Under the pieces are notes generated by a model, which saw only the letters and a list, made by a program, of their open reading frames with translations, was not told where the DNA came from and ran no database searches. Positions 29,113-38,908 of a stretch of DNA of 64,000 nt are shown piece after piece; position 1 is the first letter of the stretch; every line of letters begins with the position of its first letter. This DNA comes from a virus. The stretch covers positions 1-64,000 of IMG/VR virus record IMGVR_UViG_3300020463_002440. One strand, written 5' to 3'. The translations under genes were made by a program, and so were the position numbers.

Positions 29113-29970
29113 ATGATATTAGTAGATTATAACCAAGTTATGCTTGCGAGTCTTTTCGCAGGTATTGGTAATCATACAAACGTTGAATTAGATGAAAATC
29201 TGTTACGACATATGTTTCTGAATTCTATCAGATTCAATCGTAAAAAGTTTTCTGAAGACTATGGAGAGATTGTTCTCTGTTGTGATAATACAAATGTTTG
29301 GAGACGTGATTACTTTCCTTATTACAAAGCAAATCGTAAAAAGAATCGCGACGAATCAGAATTAGATTGGAATTACTTATATGATGTGATTCATCAAATT
29401 CGGAAAGAAGTTCAAGAATTCTTTCCGTATAAAGTATTATACATTGATCGTTGTGAAGCAGACGATATCATTGCTACGATAGTTCAAGAAAAAGGTACTG
29501 AATTAAATACAGGTTCAGAACCAATTTTGATTCTATCAGGAGATAAGGACTTTATACAATTACATAAGTATGCAAATGTCTCACAATACAATCCAGTTCT
29601 CAAAAAGTGGATTCGTCATGCAAACCCAGAAGTATATATTCAAGAACATATACTAAAAGGTGATGTTGGTGACGGTGTACCAAATATCTTGAGTGCTGAT
29701 AATTGTTTAGCAATTGGTGAAAGACAAAGGCCAATGACTAAGAAAAGAATTGATATGTTTACAAAAACTCCTGAAGAAATGGATGAAGAAACAAAACTAA
29801 GATTTAATCGTAATAAACAAATGATTGATCTTAGTCAGATTCCTCAGGAATATAAAGATATCATTCTTAAAGAATATAATAACCAAGAAGAGGTTGGCAG
29901 AGAACATCTATTTAACTACTTCGTAAAACAAAAGCTGAAGAATTTAATTTCAGATATACAGGATTTTTAA
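29113..29970 (+). CDS. rnh: T4-type RNase H / 5'-3' exonuclease
   Basis: WR....PYYKANR, EADDII, SGDKDF.QL, GD..DGVPN. Confidence 0.93.
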   Translation: MILVDYNQVMLASLFAGIGNHTNVELDENLLRHMFLNSIRFNRKKFSEDYGEIVLCCDNTNVWRRDYFPYYKANRKKNRDESELDWNYLYDVIHQIRKEVQEFFPYKVLYIDRCEADDIIATIVQEKGTELNTGSEPILILSGDKDFIQLHKYANVSQYNPVLKKWIRHANPEVYIQEHILKGDVGDGVPNILSADNCLAIGERQRPMTKKRIDMFTKTPEEMDEETKLRFNRNKQMIDLSQIPQEYKDIILKEYNNQEEVGREHLFNYFVKQKLKNLISDIQDF

Positions 29971-29971
29971 T

Positions 29972-30409
29972 ATGATAAGAGATGCAATATCAAAAATACT
30001 TACCAATGCAGGTAAGGAAAAAACAGTAAAAGGTAAAATTGAAGTTTTACTTTCAAACGATTCGGTACCTTTAAGAACAGTACTAAGATTAATATACGAT
30101 GAAACAATTGAATTCTTAGTACCTGATACACCACCGCCTTTTAAAGAAAGCAAACTTGACGATTTAGATACTTTACTATATCGTGAAGCAAGACGTTTGA
30201 AAATTTTCTTTAAAGGTGGAGGATATGATAATATCGCACAAATGAAAAGAGAATCACTATTCATAAGTTTGCTTGAAGATCTCGATAAAGGAGATGCTAA
30301 ACTTTTAGCAAATAATCTAATAAGTCATACACCTGTTAAAGGTTTGACTCGCAAAACTGTAGAAGCAGCTTATCCTGAGTTGTTTACTACTCCAATGGAC
30401 ATGACGTAA
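29972..30409 (+). CDS. Conserved T4-like hypothetical protein
   Basis: FFKGGG...KRESLFI.LLE. Confidence 0.7.
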   Translation: MIRDAISKILTNAGKEKTVKGKIEVLLSNDSVPLRTVLRLIYDETIEFLVPDTPPPFKESKLDDLDTLLYREARRLKIFFKGGGYDNIAQMKRESLFISLLEDLDKGDAKLLANNLISHTPVKGLTRKTVEAAYPELFTTPMDMT

Positions 30410-30422
30410 TAAGGAGACCGAT

Positions 30423-30566
30423 ATGAGCAAGCGGATTAAAAGATACCGCGATGCCGATTGGGCCGAACCAAAAGTTGAAGATAAACAACTAGACAAAGAA
30501 AAGAAATCTCGTAGATCTGAAGATCGAAAGCGCAAATTATCCGATAAAAAACAATTTATCTCATAA
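30423..30566 (+). CDS. Small basic protein (not in ORF track)
   Basis: 47 aa after AAGGAG. Confidence 0.55.
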   Translation: MSKRIKRYRDADWAEPKVEDKQLDKEKKSRRSEDRKRKLSDKKQFIS

Positions 30567-30571
30567 AACTA

Positions 30572-30600
30572 TTGACATTATCTCCGTTTTGTGTTATAAT
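30572..30600 (+). promoter_or_regulatory. Sigma70-type promoter
   Basis: TCATAAAACTATTGACA-N17-TATAAT. Confidence 0.75.
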
Positions 30601-30622
30601 ATTATTATGAAATGGAAAAAAA

Positions 30623-31216
30623 ATGGAAAAAATTATGGATCATAGAACAGATAAACTGATCCTTGTAGATTGTGACGGCGTATTGCTTGATTGGAAATAT
30701 GCATTCTATAAATGGATGTCAGAAAATAATTATTCAGTAGTTAAGGAAGGCGTCTACGATGTTGCCGAAACTTTTGGAATTACTAAGAAAGAATCAAAAA
30801 TACTTGTTAGACAATTCAATGAGTCTGCAAGAATTGGATTTTTACCGGCTTTAAGGGATTCAATTAAATATGTCAAAAGATTACATGAAGAAGGTTATAT
30901 TTTTCACTGTATTACTTCTCTTTCTACTGACTTCTTTGCCGGTAAGCTGAGACAACAAAATCTTGAAAAGCTTTTCGGAGCTTCAGTATTTGAAACAATT
31001 GTATGTTTAGACTGTGGAGCCGATAAGGATGACGGTCTATTACCTTACAAGGATAGTGGCTGTATTTGGGTTGAAGACAAACCCAAAAATGCTGAACTTG
31101 GAGTTGAATTAGGTCTAAGGTCTGTATTAATAGAACATCTATTTAATGCTGATTATGAACATCCTGAAGTACAAAAAGTTAAAAATTGGAAAGAGATTTA
31201 CGAATCAATCGTATAA
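30623..31216 (+). CDS. HAD-superfamily nucleotidase-like protein (T4 30.2-like)
   Basis: LVDCDGVLLDW, ITS, WVEDK. Confidence 0.8.
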   Translation: MEKIMDHRTDKLILVDCDGVLLDWKYAFYKWMSENNYSVVKEGVYDVAETFGITKKESKILVRQFNESARIGFLPALRDSIKYVKRLHEEGYIFHCITSLSTDFFAGKLRQQNLEKLFGASVFETIVCLDCGADKDDGLLPYKDSGCIWVEDKPKNAELGVELGLRSVLIEHLFNADYEHPEVQKVKNWKEIYESIV

Positions 31217-31219
31217 ATA
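31212..31219 (+). promoter_or_regulatory. T4-type late promoter
   Basis: TATAAATA. Confidence 0.6.
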
Positions 31220-31248
31220 CTATTATGCAATATAGGATTGGATACTAA

Positions 31249-31494
31249 ATGCCGACATATATCTTTGAAGATCAAAATACAGGTGAACAATTTGAAAAGT
31301 TCATGTCTATCGCATCCCGCGAACAATACCTCAAAGACAACCCACATTTAAAAACTATTATAGCTTCAGCGCCCGGTTTGACTGATGCGGCGCGACTTGG
31401 ACGGATGAAACCCGACCAAGGTTTTCGTGATTTACTTACATCAATGAAAAATAATAAATCATACACTGGAAACAAAATCAACGATTGGAAGTAA
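31249..31494 (+). CDS. FmdB-like small protein
   Basis: MPTY.F...TGE.FE; GF.DLL. Confidence 0.6.
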   Translation: MPTYIFEDQNTGEQFEKFMSIASREQYLKDNPHLKTIIASAPGLTDAARLGRMKPDQGFRDLLTSMKNNKSYTGNKINDWK

Positions 31495-31535
31495 TTTCTA
31501 ATTGCCTCCATCAAGTTGATGTATAAGGAGGTTTT

Positions 31536-32291
31536 ATGTCAAGACAGCGTCGTTTATCACCAAAAGAGAAGAGGAAGATGGTAGGGAAACAAAAGAGGAC
31601 TTTAGATACTAAATTCTCAATGAATAATATTTCACCATTGACACCAACTCAAGAAGATATGTTCGACAGCTATCATGCTGGGTATAATATAGCTGCTATC
31701 GGAACGGCAGGCACAGGAAAAACAATGTGCGGATTATATCTTGGTTTAAGTGATATTTTAAATGATGATAATTATGACCAAGTAATAATTGTTCGTTCGG
31801 CAGTACAAACAAGAGAGCAAGGTTTTATGCCAGGCACTCAGGCTCAAAAAGAAGCCGTATATTCTGTACCCTATGCTGATATAGTCAACAACCTATTTGG
31901 CAGAGGAGATGCTTGGGAAATACTAAACCATAAGCATTCTGTTAAATTTATGACATCATCGTTCGTTCGCGGACTTACATTTGATAATTCTATTATTATT
32001 GTAGATGAATGTCAAAGCATGACTTATCACGAACTCGACAGTATAATAACAAGAGTTGGTGATTCGTCGAGAATCATATTCTGTGGTGATACAGCGCAAG
32101 ACGACCTTGCGGGAACTAGACACAAACATGATACATCAGGACTTGCAGATTTTTTAAGAGTCCTACAAAGAATGGACCATTCTTTCAAAGTAGTTCAATT
32201 TGGAATTGAAGATATTGTAAGAAGCGGTCTGGTAAAAGAATACATTATAGCAAAGGAGAGGACGGAACTCAAGCCGGCTTTAGTGGCTTAA
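31536..32291 (+). CDS. phoH: PhoH-family ATPase
   Basis: GTAGTGKT, GFMPG, RGLTF, VDECQ, TRVG, GD..Q.D, DIVRSG. Confidence 0.93.
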   Translation: MSRQRRLSPKEKRKMVGKQKRTLDTKFSMNNISPLTPTQEDMFDSYHAGYNIAAIGTAGTGKTMCGLYLGLSDILNDDNYDQVIIVRSAVQTREQGFMPGTQAQKEAVYSVPYADIVNNLFGRGDAWEILNHKHSVKFMTSSFVRGLTFDNSIIIVDECQSMTYHELDSIITRVGDSSRIIFCGDTAQDDLAGTRHKHDTSGLADFLRVLQRMDHSFKVVQFGIEDIVRSGLVKEYIIAKERTELKPALVA

Positions 32292-32297
32292 TAAACT

Positions 32298-32330
32298 TGG
32301 AAGGGGATCTTTGGATCCCCAACCTTCCAT
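32298..32330 (+). terminator. Hairpin after phoH (terminator or processing site)
   Basis: GGGGATC-TTTG-GATCCCC inside an outer TGGAAGG/CCTTCCA; weak U-tract. Confidence 0.5.
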
Positions 32331-32342
32331 TAGGAATATATT

Positions 32343-33035
32343 ATGAAATTATTTGAACATAACGCGGACGCACCTGTCCTTGAAAAATTAACAAGATCTT
32401 CAGTAAATGGTAAAAGAATTTACCAAACTCCATCCGGTGACGGATATCCATCTGTTACGACTGTCCTATCAATATTAGGAAAAGAAGATATACAAAGGTG
32501 GAGAGATCGTGTAGGCCATGAAGAAGCCAATCGTATATCAACACAAGCTGCTCGAAGAGGTACTGCAGTTCATAAGTTATGTGAAGATTATTTAGATAAT
32601 GATCCTGACTTTTCTAAAAAGCATATGCCATCAAATATACATATGTTTAATACAATGAAACCTATCTTAGATAAAAATATAAATAATATTTGGTACCAAG
32701 AGTGTTTTCTCTATTCTAACGAATTACAAACTGCAGGACAAGTAGATTGCATCGGAGAATGGAAAGGTGAACTTGCTGTTATTGATTTCAAGACATCAAG
32801 GAAACTAAAGAAAGAAGAATGGATTCTAAATTATTATATGCAGGTTTCATTCTATGCAAAAGCATTCGAGGAAATGACTGGTAATAAGGTTAATAAAGGA
32901 GTGGTCTTTATAGGTGTAGATGGAAACGATCCTCAAGTATTTGAGTTTAACACAAAAGAATATCTTGACCACTTTAAAGCAGTAAGAAGTACATATAAGG
33001 AATTATATGAAAAAGATAAGATACATAATCTCTGA
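32343..33035 (+). CDS. PD-(D/E)xK exonuclease
   Basis: YPSVTT, RGT.VH, AG.VD, IDFKTS, Q..FYA. Confidence 0.85.
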   Translation: MKLFEHNADAPVLEKLTRSSVNGKRIYQTPSGDGYPSVTTVLSILGKEDIQRWRDRVGHEEANRISTQAARRGTAVHKLCEDYLDNDPDFSKKHMPSNIHMFNTMKPILDKNINNIWYQECFLYSNELQTAGQVDCIGEWKGELAVIDFKTSRKLKKEEWILNYYMQVSFYAKAFEEMTGNKVNKGVVFIGVDGNDPQVFEFNTKEYLDHFKAVRSTYKELYEKDKIHNL

Positions 33036-33354
33036 TGATAACATGGGAGTGTTCCTAGGAACATACAACGGATATGATCTTGGGATGGAAGAAGATGGTA
33101 GAATATACGCTTGCTTTGCTGCTAACAATCCATTTGGGCTAACTACTGCTTGTTCTTTTAAAACTGAACGAGCTGCAAGACAATATATGATAGATATGTT
33201 CCCACAAAAGAAAATGAAAAATCTTATCACTAAAGTAGTTGAGACCGAGAGCGAATTTCCTACTGTAGTAGATATTATTAAATCAGGTCACGGAGAAGAT
33301 TGCTTTGATATGATAGATGGATTGGTAGCTGAAGGAAGCCAAGTAATTCACTAA
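33007..33354 (+). CDS. Hypothetical protein
   Basis: 115 aa, AAGGA RBS. Confidence 0.6.
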   Translation: MKKIRYIISDDNMGVFLGTYNGYDLGMEEDGRIYACFAANNPFGLTTACSFKTERAARQYMIDMFPQKKMKNLITKVVETESEFPTVVDIIKSGHGEDCFDMIDGLVAEGSQVIH

Positions 33355-33363
33355 ATTTAACTA

Positions 33364-33392
33364 TTGACATTCATAAAGAAATGTAGTATAAT
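33364..33392 (+). promoter_or_regulatory. Early promoter (palindromic-spacer class)
   Basis: TTGACA-TTCATAAAGAA-ATGTAG-TATAAT. Confidence 0.8.
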
Positions 33393-33398
33393 AATCAG

Positions 33399-33929
33399 AT
33401 GTTAAATGAAAAAAAATTAGTACAAGAAGCGCTGATGTTGGCAATCAAAGCCCATGAGGGTCAAAGACGGAAGTACACCGGCGAACCTTATTCCATACAT
33501 CCTATAGGTGTATCGAAAATAGTGGAATCTGTTGAGCATACTCCGGAGATGGTTGCAGCTGCATTATTACATGATGTAGTTGAAGATACTCCAGTTACCT
33601 TTCGAGAACTCAAAGATAAGTTTGGATCTACGGTAGCAGAATATGTTCACTACTGCACAAACGTTTCCGAAAAGGAAGATGGAAACCGTGCGTTTCGTAA
33701 AAAGATGGACGCAGACCATTTTGCATTAGGACCTCCAGAGTCTCAAACAATTAAGATCGCTGACCTAATACATAATAGTCAAACAATCATACCTTACGAT
33801 CAAAAGTTCTTCCATAAAGCATACAAGTACGAAAAGAAGTACATGATGGATGTTTTAACGAAGGCAGATCAATCCCTTAAAGATCAGGCGCAATCGATGC
33901 TTGACGAATCTTGGAATCCGGCCAAATAG
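33399..33929 (+). CDS. HD-domain small alarmone ((p)ppGpp) hydrolase-like protein
   Basis: AH.GQ.RK..GEPY..HP; AALLHDVVEDT; IK.AD..HN. Confidence 0.8.
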   Translation: MLNEKKLVQEALMLAIKAHEGQRRKYTGEPYSIHPIGVSKIVESVEHTPEMVAAALLHDVVEDTPVTFRELKDKFGSTVAEYVHYCTNVSEKEDGNRAFRKKMDADHFALGPPESQTIKIADLIHNSQTIIPYDQKFFHKAYKYEKKYMMDVLTKADQSLKDQAQSMLDESWNPAK

Positions 33930-33944
33930 GTCGGATTTCTTTCT
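33913..33944 (+). terminator. Intrinsic terminator
   Basis: GAATCCGGCC-AAATA-GGTCGGATTT followed by a T-rich tail. Confidence 0.55.
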
Positions 33945-34012
33945 ATATTCCAAAAAGTTCTAACAATATAACTATAAATTATAAAAAAGTTCATATTTCT
34001 TTATGAAAACTA

Positions 34013-34041
34013 TTGACATCATAACGAAACTATAGTATAAT
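34013..34041 (+). promoter_or_regulatory. Early promoter
   Basis: TTGACA-N17-TATAAT, preceded by TTCTTTATGAA. Confidence 0.8.
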
Positions 34042-34072
34042 GGTTGTATAAATTATGGAAAAGGTGGAAAAC

Positions 34073-34387
34073 ATGACAAAATTTGACAAACAACTATTTA
34101 CTTGGGATGGTATGTATCTCATGTATAGAGGAGATTTTGAAGGCTCCAAAACAATGGATGAAGTTCATCCTAACTGCCATCCTTCTTGGGTTGGTAAAGT
34201 AAAACCTTCTTTTATTGCTAGGTTCAAGTATGGTGCAAAGCCGTATAAATCTTACATCAATTGTATTACTGAAAATTATACAGTTGAAGAATACCTAAAA
34301 GTTTCAACCGAAAAAAGTCCTCTTGAAGCTGTTCAAGCTGTTGGATATTCAGGAAGAGGAAGATATTATTCAAGGAGTGCTGCATAA
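34073..34387 (+). CDS. Early hypothetical protein
   Basis: 104 aa, FIARFKY, ends in -AA. Confidence 0.65.
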   Translation: MTKFDKQLFTWDGMYLMYRGDFEGSKTMDEVHPNCHPSWVGKVKPSFIARFKYGAKPYKSYINCITENYTVEEYLKVSTEKSPLEAVQAVGYSGRGRYYSRSAA

Positions 34388-34737
34388 TGAAAAATACATA
34401 TTGGGAAGAAAAAGGAACTTATCAAGAAATTTGCGATAAGCTTCAAGAAATGGTTCCAGTAAGTGGAGCTTGTTATAATATACCTGATGATGAAACGTCA
34501 GGCGTTAATAAACCACTTGATATGTTTCGTGAATCTGTTAATGCATATTACGATATTTTTAATAACGGTGGATGTAACTCCGCGACTCGTAGAGTTTCTT
34601 ACTACTTTCCTGGTGTTATGTCAGTCATTAATCGTAACTATAGAAACATTGATTGGGAACTCGTTGAAAGTATTGTGGAACCTATAATGGATAAGAGAGT
34701 TTTGCTCACAGCAAAAAAGATGAATTTATTTTCATAA
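34387..34737 (+). CDS. Early hypothetical protein
   Basis: YW...G..Q; YYD.FNNG..N. Confidence 0.65.
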   Translation: MKNTYWEEKGTYQEICDKLQEMVPVSGACYNIPDDETSGVNKPLDMFRESVNAYYDIFNNGGCNSATRRVSYYFPGVMSVINRNYRNIDWELVESIVEPIMDKRVLLTAKKMNLFS

Positions 34738-34742
34738 AACTA

Positions 34743-34771
34743 TTGACATTCATTATGAAACCATATATAAT
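34743..34771 (+). promoter_or_regulatory. Early promoter (palindromic-spacer class)
   Basis: TTGACA-TTCATTATGAA-ACCATA-TATAAT. Confidence 0.8.
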
Positions 34772-34799
34772 GGTACTATAAATTGGAAAAAGGAATAAA

Positions 34800-35183
34800 A
34801 TGGAAAATTACATTGTAAAACAAATTAAGATCCCAGAGGCAGAAGAGGAATATCCAAATCTGTATGGGTGGAACGGAGCTGAGGAGAAATCACCAGCTTG
34901 GAAAGCAAAGCTTGAGTCTATGCATTTTAGACAAGAGGATAAGTTTGATATAAACAACTTACCTTATTATCAAGATTGCTACGAGGTTCAAGCGCAATGC
35001 TTGGATAGTGTATTTAGAATCACAAACCTATGGGATGAACCTGATGCAGTGTTCACCATTCAAGTTGGTCATAGTACTTCAGTCGGTGATATCATCGTTG
35101 AGAAAAGTACAGGAGATCATTACATGGTTTGTAATTTTGGATTTAAATTGTTAGGCGTTACTGAGGTACAGAAAGTTGCTTAA
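34800..35183 (+). CDS. Early hypothetical protein (YodL-like)
   Basis: HSTSVGDII...GF. Confidence 0.6.
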   Translation: MENYIVKQIKIPEAEEEYPNLYGWNGAEEKSPAWKAKLESMHFRQEDKFDINNLPYYQDCYEVQAQCLDSVFRITNLWDEPDAVFTIQVGHSTSVGDIIVEKSTGDHYMVCNFGFKLLGVTEVQKVA

Positions 35184-35187
35184 GGAA

Positions 35188-35334
35188 ATGTTTACCTTTT
35201 TGGATGATCTCCGTGCAAGCGGCAAGATCAATATGTTTGGAGCGCCGACGGCTTTACAAGAAGCTTTCGGTATAACAAAAGAAGAGTCATTCGAAGTCTT
35301 TAAGGCTTGGACTGACACATTTAATAATAAGTGA
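35188..35334 (+). CDS. Small hypothetical protein (not in ORF track)
   Basis: FLDDLRASGKINMFGA, 48 aa. Confidence 0.6.
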   Translation: MFTFLDDLRASGKINMFGAPTALQEAFGITKEESFEVFKAWTDTFNNK

Positions 35335-35346
35335 GGAAAATATATT

Positions 35347-36312
35347 ATGGCACATGAATTAGAAATTGTGAATGGTGTAGCAAACATGGCTTATCGTCAA
35401 TCGTCAGGAGTACCCTGGCATGGACTTGGAACTCCAGTTGAAGATGGCATGTCACCTATCGAAATGATGAAGGCTGCAAATCTTGATTGGACAGTGTCCA
35501 AGAAAAAATCATTCGTTGAAATCAACGGAGAAAATGTAGAAACAGGTCAGGAAGCTTTAGTTCGCGACAGCGACGGTAAGATTCTGACAAATGTTTCTGG
35601 TAATTGGAAACCTTGTCAAAACCAAGAAGCTTTTGAATTCTTTAATGAGTTCGTAAATGCTGAAGGTGCTAACTCTATGGAGATGGACACAGCAGGTAGT
35701 TTAAAAGACGGTCAAATCGTTTTTGCAGCTGCTAATGTAAATGACGGGTTTACACTCGCAGGTGGAGACGAAGTAAAAGGATATCTTTTATTCTCAAATC
35801 CGCATGTATACGGAAAGTCAATCGATGTTAAATTCGTAATGACAAGAGTTGTTTGTAACAATACTCTTTCTATGGCTTTAACTGAAAGAGGTCAACCTGC
35901 CGTAAGGTTATCTCATAGAAATCATTTCAATCCTGAAATGGTTAAAGAGTTACTTGGTATCTCACACAATCGTGTTGAGCAATTCCAACAAGCTGCTGAG
36001 TTCCTTTCTTCAAAAAGGTATTCTGATTCTGCTTACAAGACATTCCTTGCTCAAGTATTTGGTACTTCTAATCAAGAAGGTAAAGTTCTATCAAGAACTG
36101 CTGAACGTGCATTGGAAGTTGTTGATACTCAACCAGGAGCAAATATGTCACCAGGAACATGGTGGAATGCTTATAACTCAGTAACCTATATGACTGACCA
36201 CGAAATGGGTAGGTCTGCGGATACAAGAGCTGCTGCTGCTTGGTTCGGACATAACGCAAAGAGAAAGCTTGATGCTCTCAATCTTGCGGTTGAAATGGCG
36301 GAGGCTGCATAA
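35347..36312 (+). CDS. DUF932-family protein
   Basis: PWHGLG, L.W.V, QN.EAF.F, TAGSL, RVVCNNT. Confidence 0.85.
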   Translation: MAHELEIVNGVANMAYRQSSGVPWHGLGTPVEDGMSPIEMMKAANLDWTVSKKKSFVEINGENVETGQEALVRDSDGKILTNVSGNWKPCQNQEAFEFFNEFVNAEGANSMEMDTAGSLKDGQIVFAAANVNDGFTLAGGDEVKGYLLFSNPHVYGKSIDVKFVMTRVVCNNTLSMALTERGQPAVRLSHRNHFNPEMVKELLGISHNRVEQFQQAAEFLSSKRYSDSAYKTFLAQVFGTSNQEGKVLSRTAERALEVVDTQPGANMSPGTWWNAYNSVTYMTDHEMGRSADTRAAAAWFGHNAKRKLDALNLAVEMAEAA

Positions 36313-36351
36313 GCAGCTTCCATTTTCATGGAATTTAATTTATCACAGCTA

Positions 36352-36380
36352 TTGACATTCATAAAGAACTATTGTATAAT
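36352..36380 (+). promoter_or_regulatory. Early promoter (palindromic-spacer class)
   Basis: TTGACA-TTCATAAAGAA-CTATTG-TATAAT. Confidence 0.8.
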
Positions 36381-36411
36381 AGCTGTATAAATTAAATTAA
36401 TTGGAGAAGAT

Positions 36412-36765
36412 ATGAAATTTGATAATAATGGAAAAGTGAGAACAGATGCCTATGTAGGAACATTTGCTACTGATGATGCAGCAGGAATGCTGGAAGTTGA
36501 GTCAATTAAAACCTTTGTTAAAAATATGAACAAAGAACTTAAATACCTTGACGCAAGAGATAAGAGAAACATGCCGATTAGGTTTAGAACTACTCTTAAA
36601 GCAAGAAAGCCAATTAATAAAATAAGACATTTTAGAACTGGACAACTCAGAGGTTATTCATACCACGGAGATGTTCTTGGTGGAATGGCAAATGCTGGAG
36701 CTGTTGATGTTTACATTCACAGAAATCTAACTGATGCCATGTGGAAACAAAGAGTGATGGCATGA
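36412..36765 (+). CDS. Early hypothetical protein
   Basis: 117 aa, GGAG RBS. Confidence 0.65.
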   Translation: MKFDNNGKVRTDAYVGTFATDDAAGMLEVESIKTFVKNMNKELKYLDARDKRNMPIRFRTTLKARKPINKIRHFRTGQLRGYSYHGDVLGGMANAGAVDVYIHRNLTDAMWKQRVMA

Positions 36766-36881
36766 AGATAAAGATTGAAGTAGAACTTGATACTGATAGA
36801 GATGCTCATGAAATAGAACAACTTATTGATATCGTAGAAAAAATCAAAGAAAAAGCAAAAGAGGTAATAGAAGATGAGTAA
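36762..36881 (+). CDS. Small hypothetical protein (not in ORF track)
   Basis: MKIKIEVELDTD, 39 aa, overlaps on both sides. Confidence 0.55.
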   Translation: MKIKIEVELDTDRDAHEIEQLIDIVEKIKEKAKEVIEDE

Positions 36882-37887
36882 GATTCTTATTACGGGTGGT
36901 ACTGGGTTTGTGGGAACAAACCTTTTGCCTATGTTAATTGAAAACGGTCATGAGGTTGTCTTGGTTGATAATCTTGCACAATCCGTTTATGTACCAGAGT
37001 TTCATCGAGCAGCAAACTTTTATCTTGCTGATATTCGCGATGCAAACATGATGAATAAAATTTTTGAAGCTGAAAAGCCTGATATGGTATTTCACTTTGG
37101 TGGTTTGGTTTCTATATATGACTGTCATAATGACCCAGTAGATGCAGCAGAGAATAATATCATTGGTTCTATCAATGTATTTAATGCAGCTCTTAATAGT
37201 GGTTGTGATAGAGTTATATTTTCAGAAACTTCAGCAGTATATGAAAATGTTGAATTACCTGAGAGTGGATATCAAGAAGGTTCTTCAGATCCTACAACTT
37301 TCTATGCAGCTTCAAAAGCATCAGTTGCTTTGATAGCAGATAGTTATGCTAGGACAAGAGGATTAAAATATACTGCATTAAGGTATTTTAATATCGCAGG
37401 ACCAATACAAGATTATAAGAGAACTGTACCTCCTCTATTCGCAGGAGTTGCACTTAGACTATTAGGTGGTAATAATCCAATCATATTTGGAGACGGTACA
37501 CGTAGACGAGATTTTATACACGTTGATGATGTAAATCGTTTTCACTTACAATGTCTAACTGACGAAAGAACAATTGGAGAGACCTTTAATCTAGGTATGA
37601 ATCAATCTCATTCTCTATACGAAATATCAGAAATTATTTGGGATTACCTTAAAGATGAAACAAGTCTATCTAACCTAGAATATGACCAACTTCCAGAGAT
37701 CAATGGAGAAGCTCATACAATTTTTGCTAATATTGATAAGGCAAATGAATTAGGCTGGGTCCCAGAAAAGACGATACAAGATGCTATTTATGATACGATA
37801 GATTACCTGAAGAACGAAATAACAGAAGGTAATGTGAATCCAGAAGGCTTTATGGCTGATATTGATACAGATTCCGTAAAAATATAG
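36874..37887 (+). CDS. NAD-dependent nucleotide-sugar epimerase/dehydratase
   Basis: ITGGTGFVG, YAASK, LRYFN, GDG...RDFIHV.D. Confidence 0.9.
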   Translation: MSKILITGGTGFVGTNLLPMLIENGHEVVLVDNLAQSVYVPEFHRAANFYLADIRDANMMNKIFEAEKPDMVFHFGGLVSIYDCHNDPVDAAENNIIGSINVFNAALNSGCDRVIFSETSAVYENVELPESGYQEGSSDPTTFYAASKASVALIADSYARTRGLKYTALRYFNIAGPIQDYKRTVPPLFAGVALRLLGGNNPIIFGDGTRRRDFIHVDDVNRFHLQCLTDERTIGETFNLGMNQSHSLYEISEIIWDYLKDETSLSNLEYDQLPEINGEAHTIFANIDKANELGWVPEKTIQDAIYDTIDYLKNEITEGNVNPEGFMADIDTDSVKI

Positions 37888-37926
37888 CAACTATTAAAAA
37901 AAGTTAGTTTATTTTCATAAAAACTA

Positions 37927-37955
37927 TTGACATTCATTATGATATAGAGTATAAT
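37927..37955 (+). promoter_or_regulatory. Early promoter (palindromic-spacer class)
   Basis: TTGACA-TTCATTATGAT-ATAGAG-TATAAT. Confidence 0.8.
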
Positions 37956-37987
37956 AGTTGTATAATTTGAAAGGAAAAGGAGAAATT

Positions 37988-38482
37988 ATGAAAATCGTTA
38001 TTCAAACTCAATACCGCGAAAACTATGCGGCTCACAACGAGGACTATGTCCATGGGGTTTCTGAACCTTATTGGAAGTTCAAAGGTGGCGACACGTATGT
38101 CGTAAGTTGTAGTTTGGCCGACGCCCAAGATTCTTTCTTTAGGCAAGCTGCTATGGATGCAGTTACTTTCTCTAATGAGGCTGCTGAGGAATATGTACTT
38201 GATTACAATATTCTTGATGACGCAGACTTTTCTATCAAAGACCACATTCAAGACTGGGAGACTCCTACAAACCTTTGGTTTGATGGTGAGAACTTCTGTG
38301 CTACCAAGATCACTCACAATGATGAGTTCGGTTATATGAGATCTGAAATTAAGGGTAAGACTGAGTCTTGGATTATCACTAAAGAGAACAATAGGTCTAA
38401 ATACGAATGTTCCTTTATTGTAGAAAGTGGTGATGAACTGTCTAGTTCTGAGCTTAAAGCATATTTAGCAGAGGCAGCGTAA
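37988..38482 (+). CDS. Early hypothetical protein
   Basis: TQYRENY..YWKFKGG; ends in -AA. Confidence 0.7.
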   Translation: MKIVIQTQYRENYAAHNEDYVHGVSEPYWKFKGGDTYVVSCSLADAQDSFFRQAAMDAVTFSNEAAEEYVLDYNILDDADFSIKDHIQDWETPTNLWFDGENFCATKITHNDEFGYMRSEIKGKTESWIITKENNRSKYECSFIVESGDELSSSELKAYLAEAA

Positions 38483-38483
38483 T

Positions 38484-38714
38484 ATGTATATTGAAAAAGA
38501 AACTAATAAAATTGCCGACACACTTTTAACAGTCGGTTTTGGAATAGTAGTGCTATTGCTTGTTTTTATAGCACTCGTTAACACGACATCAATACCTGAT
38601 GTTCACATATCACATTCAACAGGAGAATGCGTTAAAGTAATAAATTACGATGAAAGGTTTATCTACAACTGTAGTAACTACCCTTCAAAGTACAATCACA
38701 TATGGGTGAAATAA
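38484..38714 (+). CDS. Membrane-anchored hypothetical protein
   Basis: TM helix plus PDV..S..TGECV.V. Confidence 0.6.
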   Translation: MYIEKETNKIADTLLTVGFGIVVLLLVFIALVNTTSIPDVHISHSTGECVKVINYDERFIYNCSNYPSKYNHIWVK

Positions 38715-38908
38715 TGGAAATAATAACAGGAATCTTGGCTTGTATTATAATGGGCTTGTTTACTTACATCGGAGTTCACATTCAAGAAGAAAGAAGACAA
38801 GGTAATCATATACCTTTACTATGGGAAGAAGGCGGTTTCTTTAAAAGAACCAAAAGAAAAATATTTGACAAGTCAGATCTTAAATATAGAGATGGAGACA
38901 ATACATGA
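38714..38908 (+). CDS. Small membrane protein
   Basis: N-terminal TM helix. Confidence 0.55.
   Translation: MEIITGILACIIMGLFTYIGVHIQEERRQGNHIPLLWEEGGFFKRTKRKIFDKSDLKYRDGDNT

Noticed and set aside
32343-33035. Exonuclease as Cas4 of a CRISPR system
   Set aside because: No repeat-spacer array or other cas genes; it is in the usual phoH-adjacent position for T4-like marine phages and lacks a clear Fe-S Cys set.
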